Shown in pieces: positions 55,382 to 63,881 of a stretch of DNA of 64,000 nucleotides. Origin of the DNA: Patescibacteria group bacterium (GTDB lineage Bacteria; Patescibacteriota; Patescibacteriia; Patescibacteriales; UBA12465); contig JAQUAK010000001.1 of NCBI GenBank assembly GCA_028687275.1, positions 228,213 to 292,212 on the forward strand. The letters run 5' to 3'. Below the pieces are notes generated by a model, which did not search any database, was not told the DNA's origin, and saw only the letters and a program-made list of their open reading frames with translations. The position numbers and the translations under genes are program-made. Numbering within the stretch: position 1 is the first letter of the stretch; each line of letters starts with the position of its first letter.

Positions 55382-55410
55382 GTAGTATTTGAAATATTTT
55401 AATCAATCAT

Positions 55411-55596
55411 ATGGAAATAAAAGAACTTACAAGCAAAACTCCAGCTGAATTACAGAAATTACTGGCTCAATATCGCGAAAAGTTGCGAGAATTGCGTTTT
55501 AAAGATTCTAATCGACAGCTGAAAAATGTCCGTGAAATCAGACAGGTTCGTGAAAATATTGCACGCATCTTCACGGTTCTTAACACTAAAGTTTAA
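55411..55596 (+). CDS. rpmC: 50S ribosomal protein L29
   Basis: 61 aa, LREKLRELRFK helical hairpin, operon position. Confidence 0.92.
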   Translation: MEIKELTSKTPAELQKLLAQYREKLRELRFKDSNRQLKNVREIRQVRENIARIFTVLNTKV

Positions 55597-55608
55597 TTAC
55601 ATTTATAT

Positions 55609-55884
55609 ATGTCAGAACAAAAAATAGAAAAGACAACAACTCCGGTAAAAGAAAAGACTGTTAAACACTTTAGCGGTGTAGTTGTTAATGCTAAAGGTAA
55701 TAAAACTATAGCAGTTGAAGTTGAGGCTGTTAAAATGAATAAAAAATACCGTAAGCGCTACACAGTTAGTCGTAATTATCAGGTTCATGATGAGAAGAAT
55801 GTGTGTAAAGAAGGCGATAAGGTAACTTTTATAGAATGTCGCCCCTTAAGTAAAACTAAGAGATGGCGAGTAACTGATAAATAA
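55609..55884 (+). CDS. rpsQ: 30S ribosomal protein S17
   Basis: GVVVNAKGNKTIAVEVE, HDEKNVCKEGDKV.F.ECRPLSKTKRW. Confidence 0.94.
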   Translation: MSEQKIEKTTTPVKEKTVKHFSGVVVNAKGNKTIAVEVEAVKMNKKYRKRYTVSRNYQVHDEKNVCKEGDKVTFIECRPLSKTKRWRVTDK

Positions 55885-55937
55885 AGTAGCTTGGTTGTTT
55901 GTTTTCATTATTTGAAACAACAACGAACAATACTGGT

Positions 55938-56312
55938 ATGATTCAAGTGCAGACAAAATTAAAAGCAGCCGATAATTCCGGCGCCAAAGAAGTTATGTGT
56001 ATCCGCGTTTTAGGCGGTTATCGCAAACGTTATGCTGGCGTAGGTGATGTTATCGTTGTTACTGTAAAAAGCGTCTCCCCTCACGCTGCTATTAAAAAAA
56101 GTGACGTAGTGAGAGCAGTGGTTGTACGTACAAGCAAAGAAATTAGACGTTCAGATGGTACTTACATTAGATTCGATGATAATGCTTGTGTTATTATGGT
56201 TGATAAAGAAAAAAAGGATCCTAAGGGAACTAGAATTTTTGGCCCGGTGGCCAGAGAAGTGCGCCATGCCGGTTTTGTAAAAATTGCCTCTTTGGCACCT
56301 GAAGTTTTATAA
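55938..56312 (+). CDS. rplN: 50S ribosomal protein L14
   Basis: Start moved to [17 protein letters not shown]; RFDDNA, GPVARE. Confidence 0.96.
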   Translation: MIQVQTKLKAADNSGAKEVMCIRVLGGYRKRYAGVGDVIVVTVKSVSPHAAIKKSDVVRAVVVRTSKEIRRSDGTYIRFDDNACVIMVDKEKKDPKGTRIFGPVAREVRHAGFVKIASLAPEVL

Positions 56313-56334
56313 TTAAGAGCGCCAAAACGAACAT

Positions 56335-56655
56335 ATGAACATCAAGAAAAATGACAATGTAAAAATATTAGCAGGCAAGGATCGCGGTAAAAACGGCAAA
56401 GTTTTGCAGGTTTTACCAGAAGCGGGACGTGTCAGTGTTGAAGGTTTAAATTTGCTGGTTAAGCACTTACGCCCTAATCGCGAAGGTGAAAAGGGTCAGC
56501 GCATTGAATTTCCAGCCTTTATTAATGCTTCTAATGTCGCTTTAATTTGTCCTTCTTGTGGCAAACAAACTAGGCTAGCAGCCAAAGTAGTTGCCGGTGA
56601 GAAAGGAAACAAAAAATATCGTGTCTGCAAAAAGTGTCAGACTGTAATTGAGTAA
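56335..56655 (+). CDS. rplX: 50S ribosomal protein L24 (with CxxC...CxxC)
   Basis: KOW motif GKDRGKNGKVLQV; CPSCGK...CKKCQ in C-terminal half. Confidence 0.94.
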   Translation: MNIKKNDNVKILAGKDRGKNGKVLQVLPEAGRVSVEGLNLLVKHLRPNREGEKGQRIEFPAFINASNVALICPSCGKQTRLAAKVVAGEKGNKKYRVCKKCQTVIE

Positions 56656-56665
56656 TTCCAATTTT

Positions 56666-57211
56666 ATGAGCTTAAAAGCAAAATATCAAAAAGAAGTAGT
56701 GCCGCAGCTTAAAGAACGTTTCGGCTACAAAAATAACCTTTTAGTTCCACGTTTGCAAAAAGTGGTGATTAATATTGGTTTTGGTAAACACGCTAAAGAA
56801 AAGGAAGCCATCAGTTCTATTGAAAAAGCCTTAACTAAGATTAGTGGTCAAAAACCAGTGATGACTAAGGCCAAGAAATCTGTATCCGCTTTTAAATTGC
56901 GTCAGGGTCAGATTATTGGCTCGGTAGTTACTTTGCGTGGCGAAAGAATGTATGACTTTATTGATAAATTAGTAAATGTTACTTTTCCTAGAGTTCGAGA
57001 TTTCCGCGGTATCAGTGATCATGGGGTTGACCGCACAGGTAATATTACTATTGGTTTTAAAGATTACTCTGCTTTCCCAGAACTTAGACCAGAAGATGTC
57101 GATAATGTGTATGGTTTAGAAATTTCAATTAATACTAACGCGAAAAATCGCGAAGAAGGCTTGGCTTTATTTACAGCTCTTGGCTTTCCTTTCAAAAAGA
57201 ACGAAAAATAA
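56666..57211 (+). CDS. rplE: 50S ribosomal protein L5
   Basis: Start moved to MSLKAKYQ; VVINIG, FPRVRDFRG. Confidence 0.95.
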   Translation: MSLKAKYQKEVVPQLKERFGYKNNLLVPRLQKVVINIGFGKHAKEKEAISSIEKALTKISGQKPVMTKAKKSVSAFKLRQGQIIGSVVTLRGERMYDFIDKLVNVTFPRVRDFRGISDHGVDRTGNITIGFKDYSAFPELRPEDVDNVYGLEISINTNAKNREEGLALFTALGFPFKKNEK

Positions 57212-57223
57212 TTTAATTTATAT

Positions 57224-57409
57224 ATGGCAAGAACAGCTCTAATTGTAAAAGCAAAGCGCAAACCAAAATTCTCGACGCGCAAGATTAATCGTTGCTGGCG
57301 CTGCGGCCGCAACCACGGCTATATGCGTGACTTCGGTTTATGCCGTATTTGCTTCCGTGAATTGGCCGATAATGGCGATTTACCAGGTATTACTAAATCT
57401 AGCTGGTAA
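57224..57409 (+). CDS. rpsN: 30S ribosomal protein S14 type Z
   Basis: 61 aa, CWRCGR...CRICFRE zinc ribbon, C-terminal KSSW. Confidence 0.95.
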   Translation: MARTALIVKAKRKPKFSTRKINRCWRCGRNHGYMRDFGLCRICFRELADNGDLPGITKSSW

Positions 57410-57447
57410 ATTCCGGCCTCCATATTATCTAAACATTGAATAACAAT

Positions 57448-57858
57448 ATGACAGATCCAATCGCAGACATGTTTACACGCATTCGCAATAACTCTAAGGT
57501 TAAAAAGGCCGAGGTGTTAATGCCGATGAGTAAAATGAAATATAAAATAGCCCAAATTTTAGAAAAAGAGGGCTGGATTACCCGTGCCGAAATTGTGGCT
57601 GGGGGGCTTAATTCTAGACACAATCAGTTTGACCAACTGAAGTTGGTTTTGAAATACCAGAAAAACGGCAGTCCTTATATTAGTGGTATTAAACGTGTCA
57701 GTAAATGTGGTGCCAGAGTTTATGTAGACAAAGGTAATATCCCAACTGTTTTAAATAATTTCGGAATTGCTATTATCTCTACTTCTTCTGGTTTAATGAC
57801 TAATAAGGAAGCTTACCGACAAAGTATTGGCGGTGAGGTTATCGGAGAAGTGTACTAA
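57448..57858 (+). CDS. rpsH: 30S ribosomal protein S8
   Basis: Start moved to MTDPIADMFTRIRN; GGEVIGEVY C-terminus. Confidence 0.95.
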   Translation: MTDPIADMFTRIRNNSKVKKAEVLMPMSKMKYKIAQILEKEGWITRAEIVAGGLNSRHNQFDQLKLVLKYQKNGSPYISGIKRVSKCGARVYVDKGNIPTVLNNFGIAIISTSSGLMTNKEAYRQSIGGEVIGEVY

Positions 57859-57914
57859 CTAATTGTTGCGGGCGAATTTAGCTATTTAGCTATTTTGCGC
57901 CGTGCGAAGAAAAT

Positions 57915-58454
57915 ATGTCTCGTTTAGGAAAAATGCCAATTAATCTCTCAGCTGGAGTTACTGCTAAGTTCGAAAACGGAATTCTAACCGTTAAAGGGCC
58001 GAAGGGTGAATTAGCTAGAGAAATAAAAGCTCCTGCCTTGGTTGAAATCACCACAGAGGCTTTAAAGATAAGCGTTGATTTACAGGCTAAGGATGCTAGT
58101 GCTTATTGGGGTTTATATCGCGCTTTAGCTAATAATATGGTTTTAGGTGTGACGGTTGGCTTTACCAAAAAATTAGAAATCAATGGCGTTGGTTACAGAG
58201 CCGCTTTAAATGGCAAGAAACTTAATTTGAATCTTGGTTATTCTCATCCGATTGAATTTCCATTGCCAGATGGTATTAGCGCTGTAGTTGAAGGTAATGC
58301 TATTACTTTAAGTGGTATTAATAATGAACTTTTGGGTGATACTGCTTATAAGATTAGAAAATTACGTATCCCTGAGCCTTACAAGGGCAAGGGTGTTAAA
58401 TATGCTGAAGAAGTTATTCGCCGTAAAGCCGGTAAAACAGCTGCTAAAAAATAA
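57915..58454 (+). CDS. rplF: 50S ribosomal protein L6
   Basis: MSRLGKMPI, GVGYRA, YKGKGVKY. Confidence 0.95.
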   Translation: MSRLGKMPINLSAGVTAKFENGILTVKGPKGELAREIKAPALVEITTEALKISVDLQAKDASAYWGLYRALANNMVLGVTVGFTKKLEINGVGYRAALNGKKLNLNLGYSHPIEFPLPDGISAVVEGNAITLSGINNELLGDTAYKIRKLRIPEPYKGKGVKYAEEVIRRKAGKTAAKK

Positions 58455-58474
58455 AGCAATTGTGATTTAAATAT

Positions 58475-58834
58475 ATGATCAACAAAATTAAAAAAGATAT
58501 CGCTCGGAAAAATCGCCGTCAAGCTAGAGTAAGGGCTAAAATTAGTGGCACTGCTACTCGTCCACGCTTGAGTGTTTTTCGTTCTAATAAGGGTATGTAT
58601 TTACAGTTAATTGATGATATGGCTGGCAAAACTTTAGTTAGCGCCCATGTGCGTGAATTAAAGGAGAAGAACTTAAAGAAGGTTGAAGCTTCTGCTCTTT
58701 TAGGTAAGCTTTTAGCGGAAAAGGCAATGGCTGTAAATATTAAAGAGATTGTGTTTGATCGCAGTTCTTATCGCTATCATGGTCGTGTTAAAGCAGTTGC
58801 TGATGGCGCTCGTGAGCAGGGATTAATTTTTTAA
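58475..58834 (+). CDS. rplR: 50S ribosomal protein L18
   Basis: [37 protein letters not shown]. Confidence 0.95.
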   Translation: MINKIKKDIARKNRRQARVRAKISGTATRPRLSVFRSNKGMYLQLIDDMAGKTLVSAHVRELKEKNLKKVEASALLGKLLAEKAMAVNIKEIVFDRSSYRYHGRVKAVADGAREQGLIF

Positions 58835-58857
58835 AATACTTTTAATAAGATTTTTAT

Positions 58858-59538
58858 ATGGCTGATGATAACAAAAAAGTAGAAACCAGCAGTTCCAACC
58901 AAAAAGCAGCTGAGGCTGTGGCCAAAACTGTTTACGGTGGTCAGGATAAACGCTCTGGTGGTGGTAGTCGTCCTCCTCGTCGTGATAATCGCGGCAAAAA
59001 TGACGGTGGCCGCGATGAATTCGAGCAACGTATTTTAGAAATTGCTCGTGTTACTCGTGTGATGGCTGGTGGTAAACGTATGAATTTTCGTGCTTGTGTT
59101 GCTATTGGTGACCGCAAAGGTAGCGTTGGTGTTGGTTTGGGCAAGGGGGCTGATGTCACTATCGCTATTAATAAAGCTGTTAACCGCGCGAAGAAGACTT
59201 TAGTTAAAGTTCCAGTTTTAAATGATACTATCCCTCATGCTGTGTTACAGAAAGTAGGGGCCGCTTCTATTATTTTTAAACCAGCCCGACAGGGAAGTGG
59301 TGTGATGTCCGGTGGCGTTGCTCGTGCTATTTTAGAATTATCCGGGATTAAGAATGTTAGTAGTAAAGTATTAGGCAGTAATAACAAAGTAAACAATGCT
59401 CGTTGTACTTTAGCTGCTTTAGCTAGTTTACGTCAGCCTAGTACAAGGCCTGGTTCTAAGGAGAAAAAAGAGGCTAAAAAAGCTGAGACTAATACCGAAG
59501 ATAAGGCTAATGATAAAAAAATAGTCGCTAAGAAATAA
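58858..59538 (+). CDS. rpsE: 30S ribosomal protein S5 with N- and C-terminal low-complexity extensions
   Basis: Core VTRVMAGGKRMNFRACVAIGD...GSGVMSGG; about 50-aa N-extension (GGGSRPPRRDNRG) and about 35-aa K/E-rich tail. Confidence 0.94.
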   Translation: MADDNKKVETSSSNQKAAEAVAKTVYGGQDKRSGGGSRPPRRDNRGKNDGGRDEFEQRILEIARVTRVMAGGKRMNFRACVAIGDRKGSVGVGLGKGADVTIAINKAVNRAKKTLVKVPVLNDTIPHAVLQKVGAASIIFKPARQGSGVMSGGVARAILELSGIKNVSSKVLGSNNKVNNARCTLAALASLRQPSTRPGSKEKKEAKKAETNTEDKANDKKIVAKK

Positions 59539-59565
59539 GCAGATTTAAGATAATTATAAAATTTT

Positions 59566-59982
59566 ATGTTGTCACTGAATAACATTAAGCGCGCTTCTGG
59601 CGCCACCCAAAAAAGAAAGCGTGTCGGACGTGGTAACGCTTCCGGTCATGGTACTTATAGTACTCGTGGACAGAAAGGCCAAAAATCACGTGCCGGTGTT
59701 AGTAATTTAAAACGTCTGGGTATGCGTCAGCAACTGTTACAGACCCCTAAATTACGTGGCTTTCGCTCATTGCAGCCTAAGAATCAGATCGTGGCTGTTA
59801 GTGTGATTAATAAAGAATTTAAGGATGGAGATATTGTTAGTCCCAACACTTTATTCGAGAAAGATTTAATCAAGGATGCCGGTGGTAGAGTTAAAGTTCT
59901 CGGTAAAGAGAAATTAACTGTGAAGGTTAAATTCGAAAAAATGCAAATGAGTGCTTCAGTCAAGGGCCAGATATCCGCTTAG
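59566..59982 (+). CDS. rplO: 50S ribosomal protein L15
   Basis: GRGNASGHGTYSTRGQKGQKSRAG; only 27 nt after rpsE, so no rpmD in between. Confidence 0.95.
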   Translation: MLSLNNIKRASGATQKRKRVGRGNASGHGTYSTRGQKGQKSRAGVSNLKRLGMRQQLLQTPKLRGFRSLQPKNQIVAVSVINKEFKDGDIVSPNTLFEKDLIKDAGGRVKVLGKEKLTVKVKFEKMQMSASVKGQISA

Positions 59983-60022
59983 GATATGTGGTTTTTGCCT
60001 ATAAATCATAATTTAACGACTT

Positions 60023-61294
60023 ATGTTGGAAAAAATACAACAAATTTGGAAAGCTAAGGATTTGCGTCGCAATGTGCTTTTTGTTTTGGGTATGCTAGTC
60101 GTCTTTCGTTTAGCGGCTCATATTCCAGTTCCGGGTGTTGATGCTGTTGCTTTAAAGAATTTATTTAATTCCAACCAAATTTTAGGTCTAATGAACTTAT
60201 TTTCTGGTGGTGGCATGGAGAACTTTTCTATCGTGATGATGGGGATTGCTCCTTATATTACTTCTTCTATTATCTTTCAGCTACTTGGGATGATTTCACC
60301 AAAGATTGAAGAGATGCAGAAAGAAGAGAGTGGACGTCAGAAGATCAATATGTGGACTCGCTGGGCAACTGTCCCTTTAGCTGCGATGCAGGCTTACGGT
60401 ATGATTACCTTATTACAGAGCTCCAATCAGGGTATTTTAGGAGCTATGAGTAGCTTTGATTTCATTGCTATTGTTATTACTATTACCGCTGGCACCATCT
60501 TCTTAATGTGGATTGGTGAGCTAATTTCCGAAAAGAATATTGGCAATGGTATTTCCTTATTGATTTTCGCTGGTATTGTGGCCGCTTTACCTCGGCAGAT
60601 TCAGCAGATTGCTGTTAGTTACGACTCAAGTCAACTTTTTACCATTATTGGCTTTATCGTTATTGCTATTATTACAGTGGTGAGCGTGGTTATTATTAAT
60701 GAAGGTCAACGTAATATTCCTGTGCAATATGCTCGTCAAATTCGTGGACAACGTGCTTTTGGTGGCTCTAGCACCCACTTACCTTTACGTGTGAACATGG
60801 CCGGTGTTATCCCTATTATTTTTGCTATTTCCGTGGTTTTATTTCCACCAATGATTGCTCAGTTTTTCCTCCAAGCTCGTACTAGTTGGATTGCCTCATT
60901 GTCCGCTAAGGTAATCGAAATCTTTAATGATCAATTAATCTACGGTATTATCTACTTTGTGCTTGTTTTTGCCTTTACTTATTTTTATACAGAAGTTGTT
61001 TTTCATCCAGATCGTATTGCTGAAAATTTACAGAAACAAGGTGGTTTTATTCCTGGTATCAGACCGGGTAAATCAACTGTTGATTACTTATCTTATACCA
61101 CTCACCGTATTATTTTCTTTGGTGCTCTATTTTTAAGTTTAATCGCCATTCTACCTTTAATTATGCGTTACTTTACCGGTGCTCAATCTTTAGTGATTGG
61201 TGGTACTAGTTTACTCATCGTTGTGGCTGTAGTTATTGAAACAGTTAAACAGATTGAATCTCAGTTAACTATGAGAGAATATGACGGTCTCTAG
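60023..61294 (+). CDS. secY: preprotein translocase subunit SecY
   Basis: GIAPYITSSIIFQLL, GISLLIFAGI, 10 TM helices. Confidence 0.96.
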   Translation: MLEKIQQIWKAKDLRRNVLFVLGMLVVFRLAAHIPVPGVDAVALKNLFNSNQILGLMNLFSGGGMENFSIVMMGIAPYITSSIIFQLLGMISPKIEEMQKEESGRQKINMWTRWATVPLAAMQAYGMITLLQSSNQGILGAMSSFDFIAIVITITAGTIFLMWIGELISEKNIGNGISLLIFAGIVAALPRQIQQIAVSYDSSQLFTIIGFIVIAIITVVSVVIINEGQRNIPVQYARQIRGQRAFGGSSTHLPLRVNMAGVIPIIFAISVVLFPPMIAQFFLQARTSWIASLSAKVIEIFNDQLIYGIIYFVLVFAFTYFYTEVVFHPDRIAENLQKQGGFIPGIRPGKSTVDYLSYTTHRIIFFGALFLSLIAILPLIMRYFTGAQSLVIGGTSLLIVVAVVIETVKQIESQLTMREYDGL

Positions 61295-61323
61295 AGATAA
61301 TTTTTATAAATATTGAGTGAATA

Positions 61324-61348
61324 AAAATGTAGCGATGGCTACATTTTT
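61324..61348 (+). terminator. intrinsic terminator after secY
   Basis: Perfect 10-bp stem AAAATGTAGC-GATG-GCTACATTTT running into T-rich tract. Confidence 0.7.
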
Positions 61349-61349
61349 A

Positions 61350-61358
61350 TGTTATAAT
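61350..61358 (+). promoter_or_regulatory. extended -10 element TGTTATAAT
   Basis: Immediately after the secY terminator, 22 nt before ATG 61380. Confidence 0.45.
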
Positions 61359-61379
61359 AGAGTTTATAAGTTTAATAAT

Positions 61380-61676
61380 ATGGATTTAAAAGACTTTTTT
61401 AAAGATATAAAAGATCAGCCAAGTTCTAGGATTGAGCGGCGTCTTGATAATTTAGTGCGCACTAATTATCACTTTAAGCACTTAAGCGAAAAAAATAAGG
61501 ATTTAGTTTTATCCTTAGTAATGAAGTATAAGGAAAAGTTAAGAACTGGCATTGGTGTCTCTCAATATGTGATTAATCGTGATATGTATAAACTGTATCA
61601 AAATCGTTATGATGAGGAATTGACTGAAGTTGATCGTGATCATATTCGTGAAATTTTAGAAAATTTCAAGCAATAA
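61380..61676 (+). CDS. hypothetical small protein (98 aa)
   Basis: Start moved to MDLKDFF, because the track N-terminus spans the secY terminator; own promoter and terminator; no family recognised. Confidence 0.55.
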   Translation: MDLKDFFKDIKDQPSSRIERRLDNLVRTNYHFKHLSEKNKDLVLSLVMKYKEKLRTGIGVSQYVINRDMYKLYQNRYDEELTEVDRDHIREILENFKQ

Positions 61677-61686
61677 TTTTCTGCTT

Positions 61687-61722
61687 AAGACTCTCGCGGA
61701 GAGCTCTTAGTTTTTGGTTTTT
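61687..61722 (+). terminator. intrinsic terminator
   Basis: AAGACTCTC-GCG-GAGAG(C)TCTT stem followed by TTTTTGGTTTTT. Confidence 0.6.
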
Positions 61723-62655
61723 ATGTTTTTGCACGCTCTTGTCGTTATTTTCGGTCTCTGTTTATTTGAGATTATTACTAGCGTTGATAATGCTATCATT
61801 AACGCTAATATTTTAAAAACATTAGGAGATAAATATCGTCGTTTTTTCTTGTTTTGGGGTATTTTATTTGCAGTTTTTGTTGTTCGCGGACTTTTGCCTT
61901 TTGCTATTATTTGGTTAGCCGCTCCGGGCTTGTCATTATCTGAGGTATTTACAGTTGCTTTTTCTAATAATGGCGAGGTTACCACTTATTTAAGTTCCTC
62001 CAGACCCCTATTACTAATGGGGGGCGGTATATATTTATTTTTTGTATTTTTAGCTTGGCTCTTCTTGGAGAATAAAAACTTTGCCTTTAAAATTGAGAAG
62101 TTCTTGAAGGGTAAAGTTAAAACTTTTTATTTATTACTTGTCGCCAGTATTGTCCTAATAGCATTCCTTTCCTATCAGCATAATATTAATATGTTGATAG
62201 CCGCTATCATTGGCTTGGTAGTATTTATAGGGGTTAGTGCTCTAAAAAAACACGCAGAGAGAACGGGAAGGAAATTGTTAAATCCAGCTGCTAGCGCCTG
62301 GAGCAAGATAATCTATTTAGAGGTTCTTGATGCTTCTTTTTCAGTTGATGGTGTTATTGGTGCTTTTGCTTTTACTATGAGTGTCCCCTTTATAATCATT
62401 GGTAATGGCTTAGGAGCGGTGGCCGTGCGTCAATTAACGGTTAAAGGTATTAATGTAATTAGCAAGTTTATATATTTGAAAAATGGAGCGATGTATTCTA
62501 TTGGTATTTTAGGGTTAATTATGACTTCAGAGAGTTTTGGGGTAGAATATCCTTTTTGGTTAACGCCGTTAGCTACTGTTGTCCTATTATCGTTATTCTA
62601 TGGTTATTCTGTGAAAGCACGTCGTCTTAAACTTAACGAAGAAAAAAAATTATGA
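61723..62655 (+). CDS. TerC/DUF475-like integral membrane protein
   Basis: Start moved to ATG 61723; about 8 TM helices, EIITSVDNAIINA and VLDASFSVDGVIGAFA motifs typical of the TerC superfamily; TGA stop overlaps the map ATG (ATGA). Confidence 0.65.
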   Translation: MFLHALVVIFGLCLFEIITSVDNAIINANILKTLGDKYRRFFLFWGILFAVFVVRGLLPFAIIWLAAPGLSLSEVFTVAFSNNGEVTTYLSSSRPLLLMGGGIYLFFVFLAWLFLENKNFAFKIEKFLKGKVKTFYLLLVASIVLIAFLSYQHNINMLIAAIIGLVVFIGVSALKKHAERTGRKLLNPAASAWSKIIYLEVLDASFSVDGVIGAFAFTMSVPFIIIGNGLGAVAVRQLTVKGINVISKFIYLKNGAMYSIGILGLIMTSESFGVEYPFWLTPLATVVLLSLFYGYSVKARRLKLNEEKKL

Positions 62656-63485
62656 TTTATATTAAATCTAAAGAAGAAATTGAAGTAATCAGAATGGGCG
62701 GAAAGATTTTAGCTCGTATTTTGCGCACTCTAAAAGAAGCGGTTAGGCCAGGCGTGGATACAGCTGATTTGGAGAAAATTATGTTGAGCATGGTTAAAGA
62801 GGCTGGTGGTAGGCCGGCTTTTAAAGACTATCCCATGGGTGGAGGTATTTTTTTCCCTTCAGCCATTTGTGCCTCTATTAACGATGAGGTAGTGCATGGG
62901 GCTGCTATTCCGGGAAGAATATTAAAGGAAGGGGATATTATTGATCTTGATATTGGCATGGAATGGCCAGTTAAAACAGCCTTAAGAAAGGAATTGGGTC
63001 TGCCTGTTAATTCTCATTCTCCTGCCGGTGGTTTTTATACTGATATGTGCACAACTGTGGCTGTAGGGAGGATTAGTGGTGAAGCACAGAAATTACTGAC
63101 AATTACTAAGGAATGCCTAGATGCTTCCATTAAGAAAGTTCGTCCTGGCGCCCGTATTAATGATATTGGTGGCACTGTTCAAAAGATTGCCGAGGGGGCT
63201 GGATTTGGCGTTGTGCGTGATTTAGTGGGGCATGGGGTTGGCTATCTTGCTCATGAGGACCCTGAGGTTTATCATTTTTTAATTAATGAAAAATCAAGCG
63301 CTAATTTAGAATTAAAGACAGGTATGGTAATTTGCATCGAACCGATGATTAACGCTGGTACGGCTGAGGTAAAAGTGGCTGATGATGGCTTTACCATTTT
63401 AAGTGCTGATAATTCTTTAAGTGCTCATTTTGAACATACTATTGCTGTAACTGAAGATGGTTATGATATTTTAACTTTGGAGTAA
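62652..63485 (+). CDS. map: methionine aminopeptidase type I
   Basis: Metal ligands in DIIDLDIG, GHGVG, ICIEPM, HFEHT; about 20-aa insertion after DLDIG. Confidence 0.92.
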   Translation: MIYIKSKEEIEVIRMGGKILARILRTLKEAVRPGVDTADLEKIMLSMVKEAGGRPAFKDYPMGGGIFFPSAICASINDEVVHGAAIPGRILKEGDIIDLDIGMEWPVKTALRKELGLPVNSHSPAGGFYTDMCTTVAVGRISGEAQKLLTITKECLDASIKKVRPGARINDIGGTVQKIAEGAGFGVVRDLVGHGVGYLAHEDPEVYHFLINEKSSANLELKTGMVICIEPMINAGTAEVKVADDGFTILSADNSLSAHFEHTIAVTEDGYDILTLE

Positions 63486-63486
63486 T

Positions 63487-63876
63487 ATGAATTTAGCTGC
63501 TGAAAATCAATATTTAGGCGTAGACTGGGGCGAAAAACGAATTGGCCTAGCTTTGGCTGAGCCAGAAACAAAAATGGCCCTGCCTTTTAAGACAGTTAAT
63601 AGTCTTAAAGATTTGTTATCAGTTATTATTGAGGAAGAGATTGCTTTAATTATTATTGGCGTGCCTATAAAAATGGCAGGAGAGGCGGCTAATAATCCTT
63701 TATTTTTAAATTTCTTGCAGGAGTTAAAAGCAAAAACGTCAGTACCGGTGGTAGAAATTGATGAACGTTTATCTAGCAAAGCAGCCGATGCCTTAATTGG
63801 TGATAGACGCGATAAGGCTGGTCGTGATGAAATTGCTGCCTCAATTTTTTTGCAAACTTATTTAGATAGAATATAA
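63487..63876 (+). CDS. ruvX: putative pre-16S rRNA nuclease / Holliday junction resolvase-like YqgF
   Basis: YLGVDWGEKRIGLALAEP RNase H-like N-terminus, DERLSS motif. Confidence 0.85.
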   Translation: MNLAAENQYLGVDWGEKRIGLALAEPETKMALPFKTVNSLKDLLSVIIEEEIALIIIGVPIKMAGEAANNPLFLNFLQELKAKTSVPVVEIDERLSSKAADALIGDRRDKAGRDEIAASIFLQTYLDRI

Positions 63877-63881
63877 ATTCT

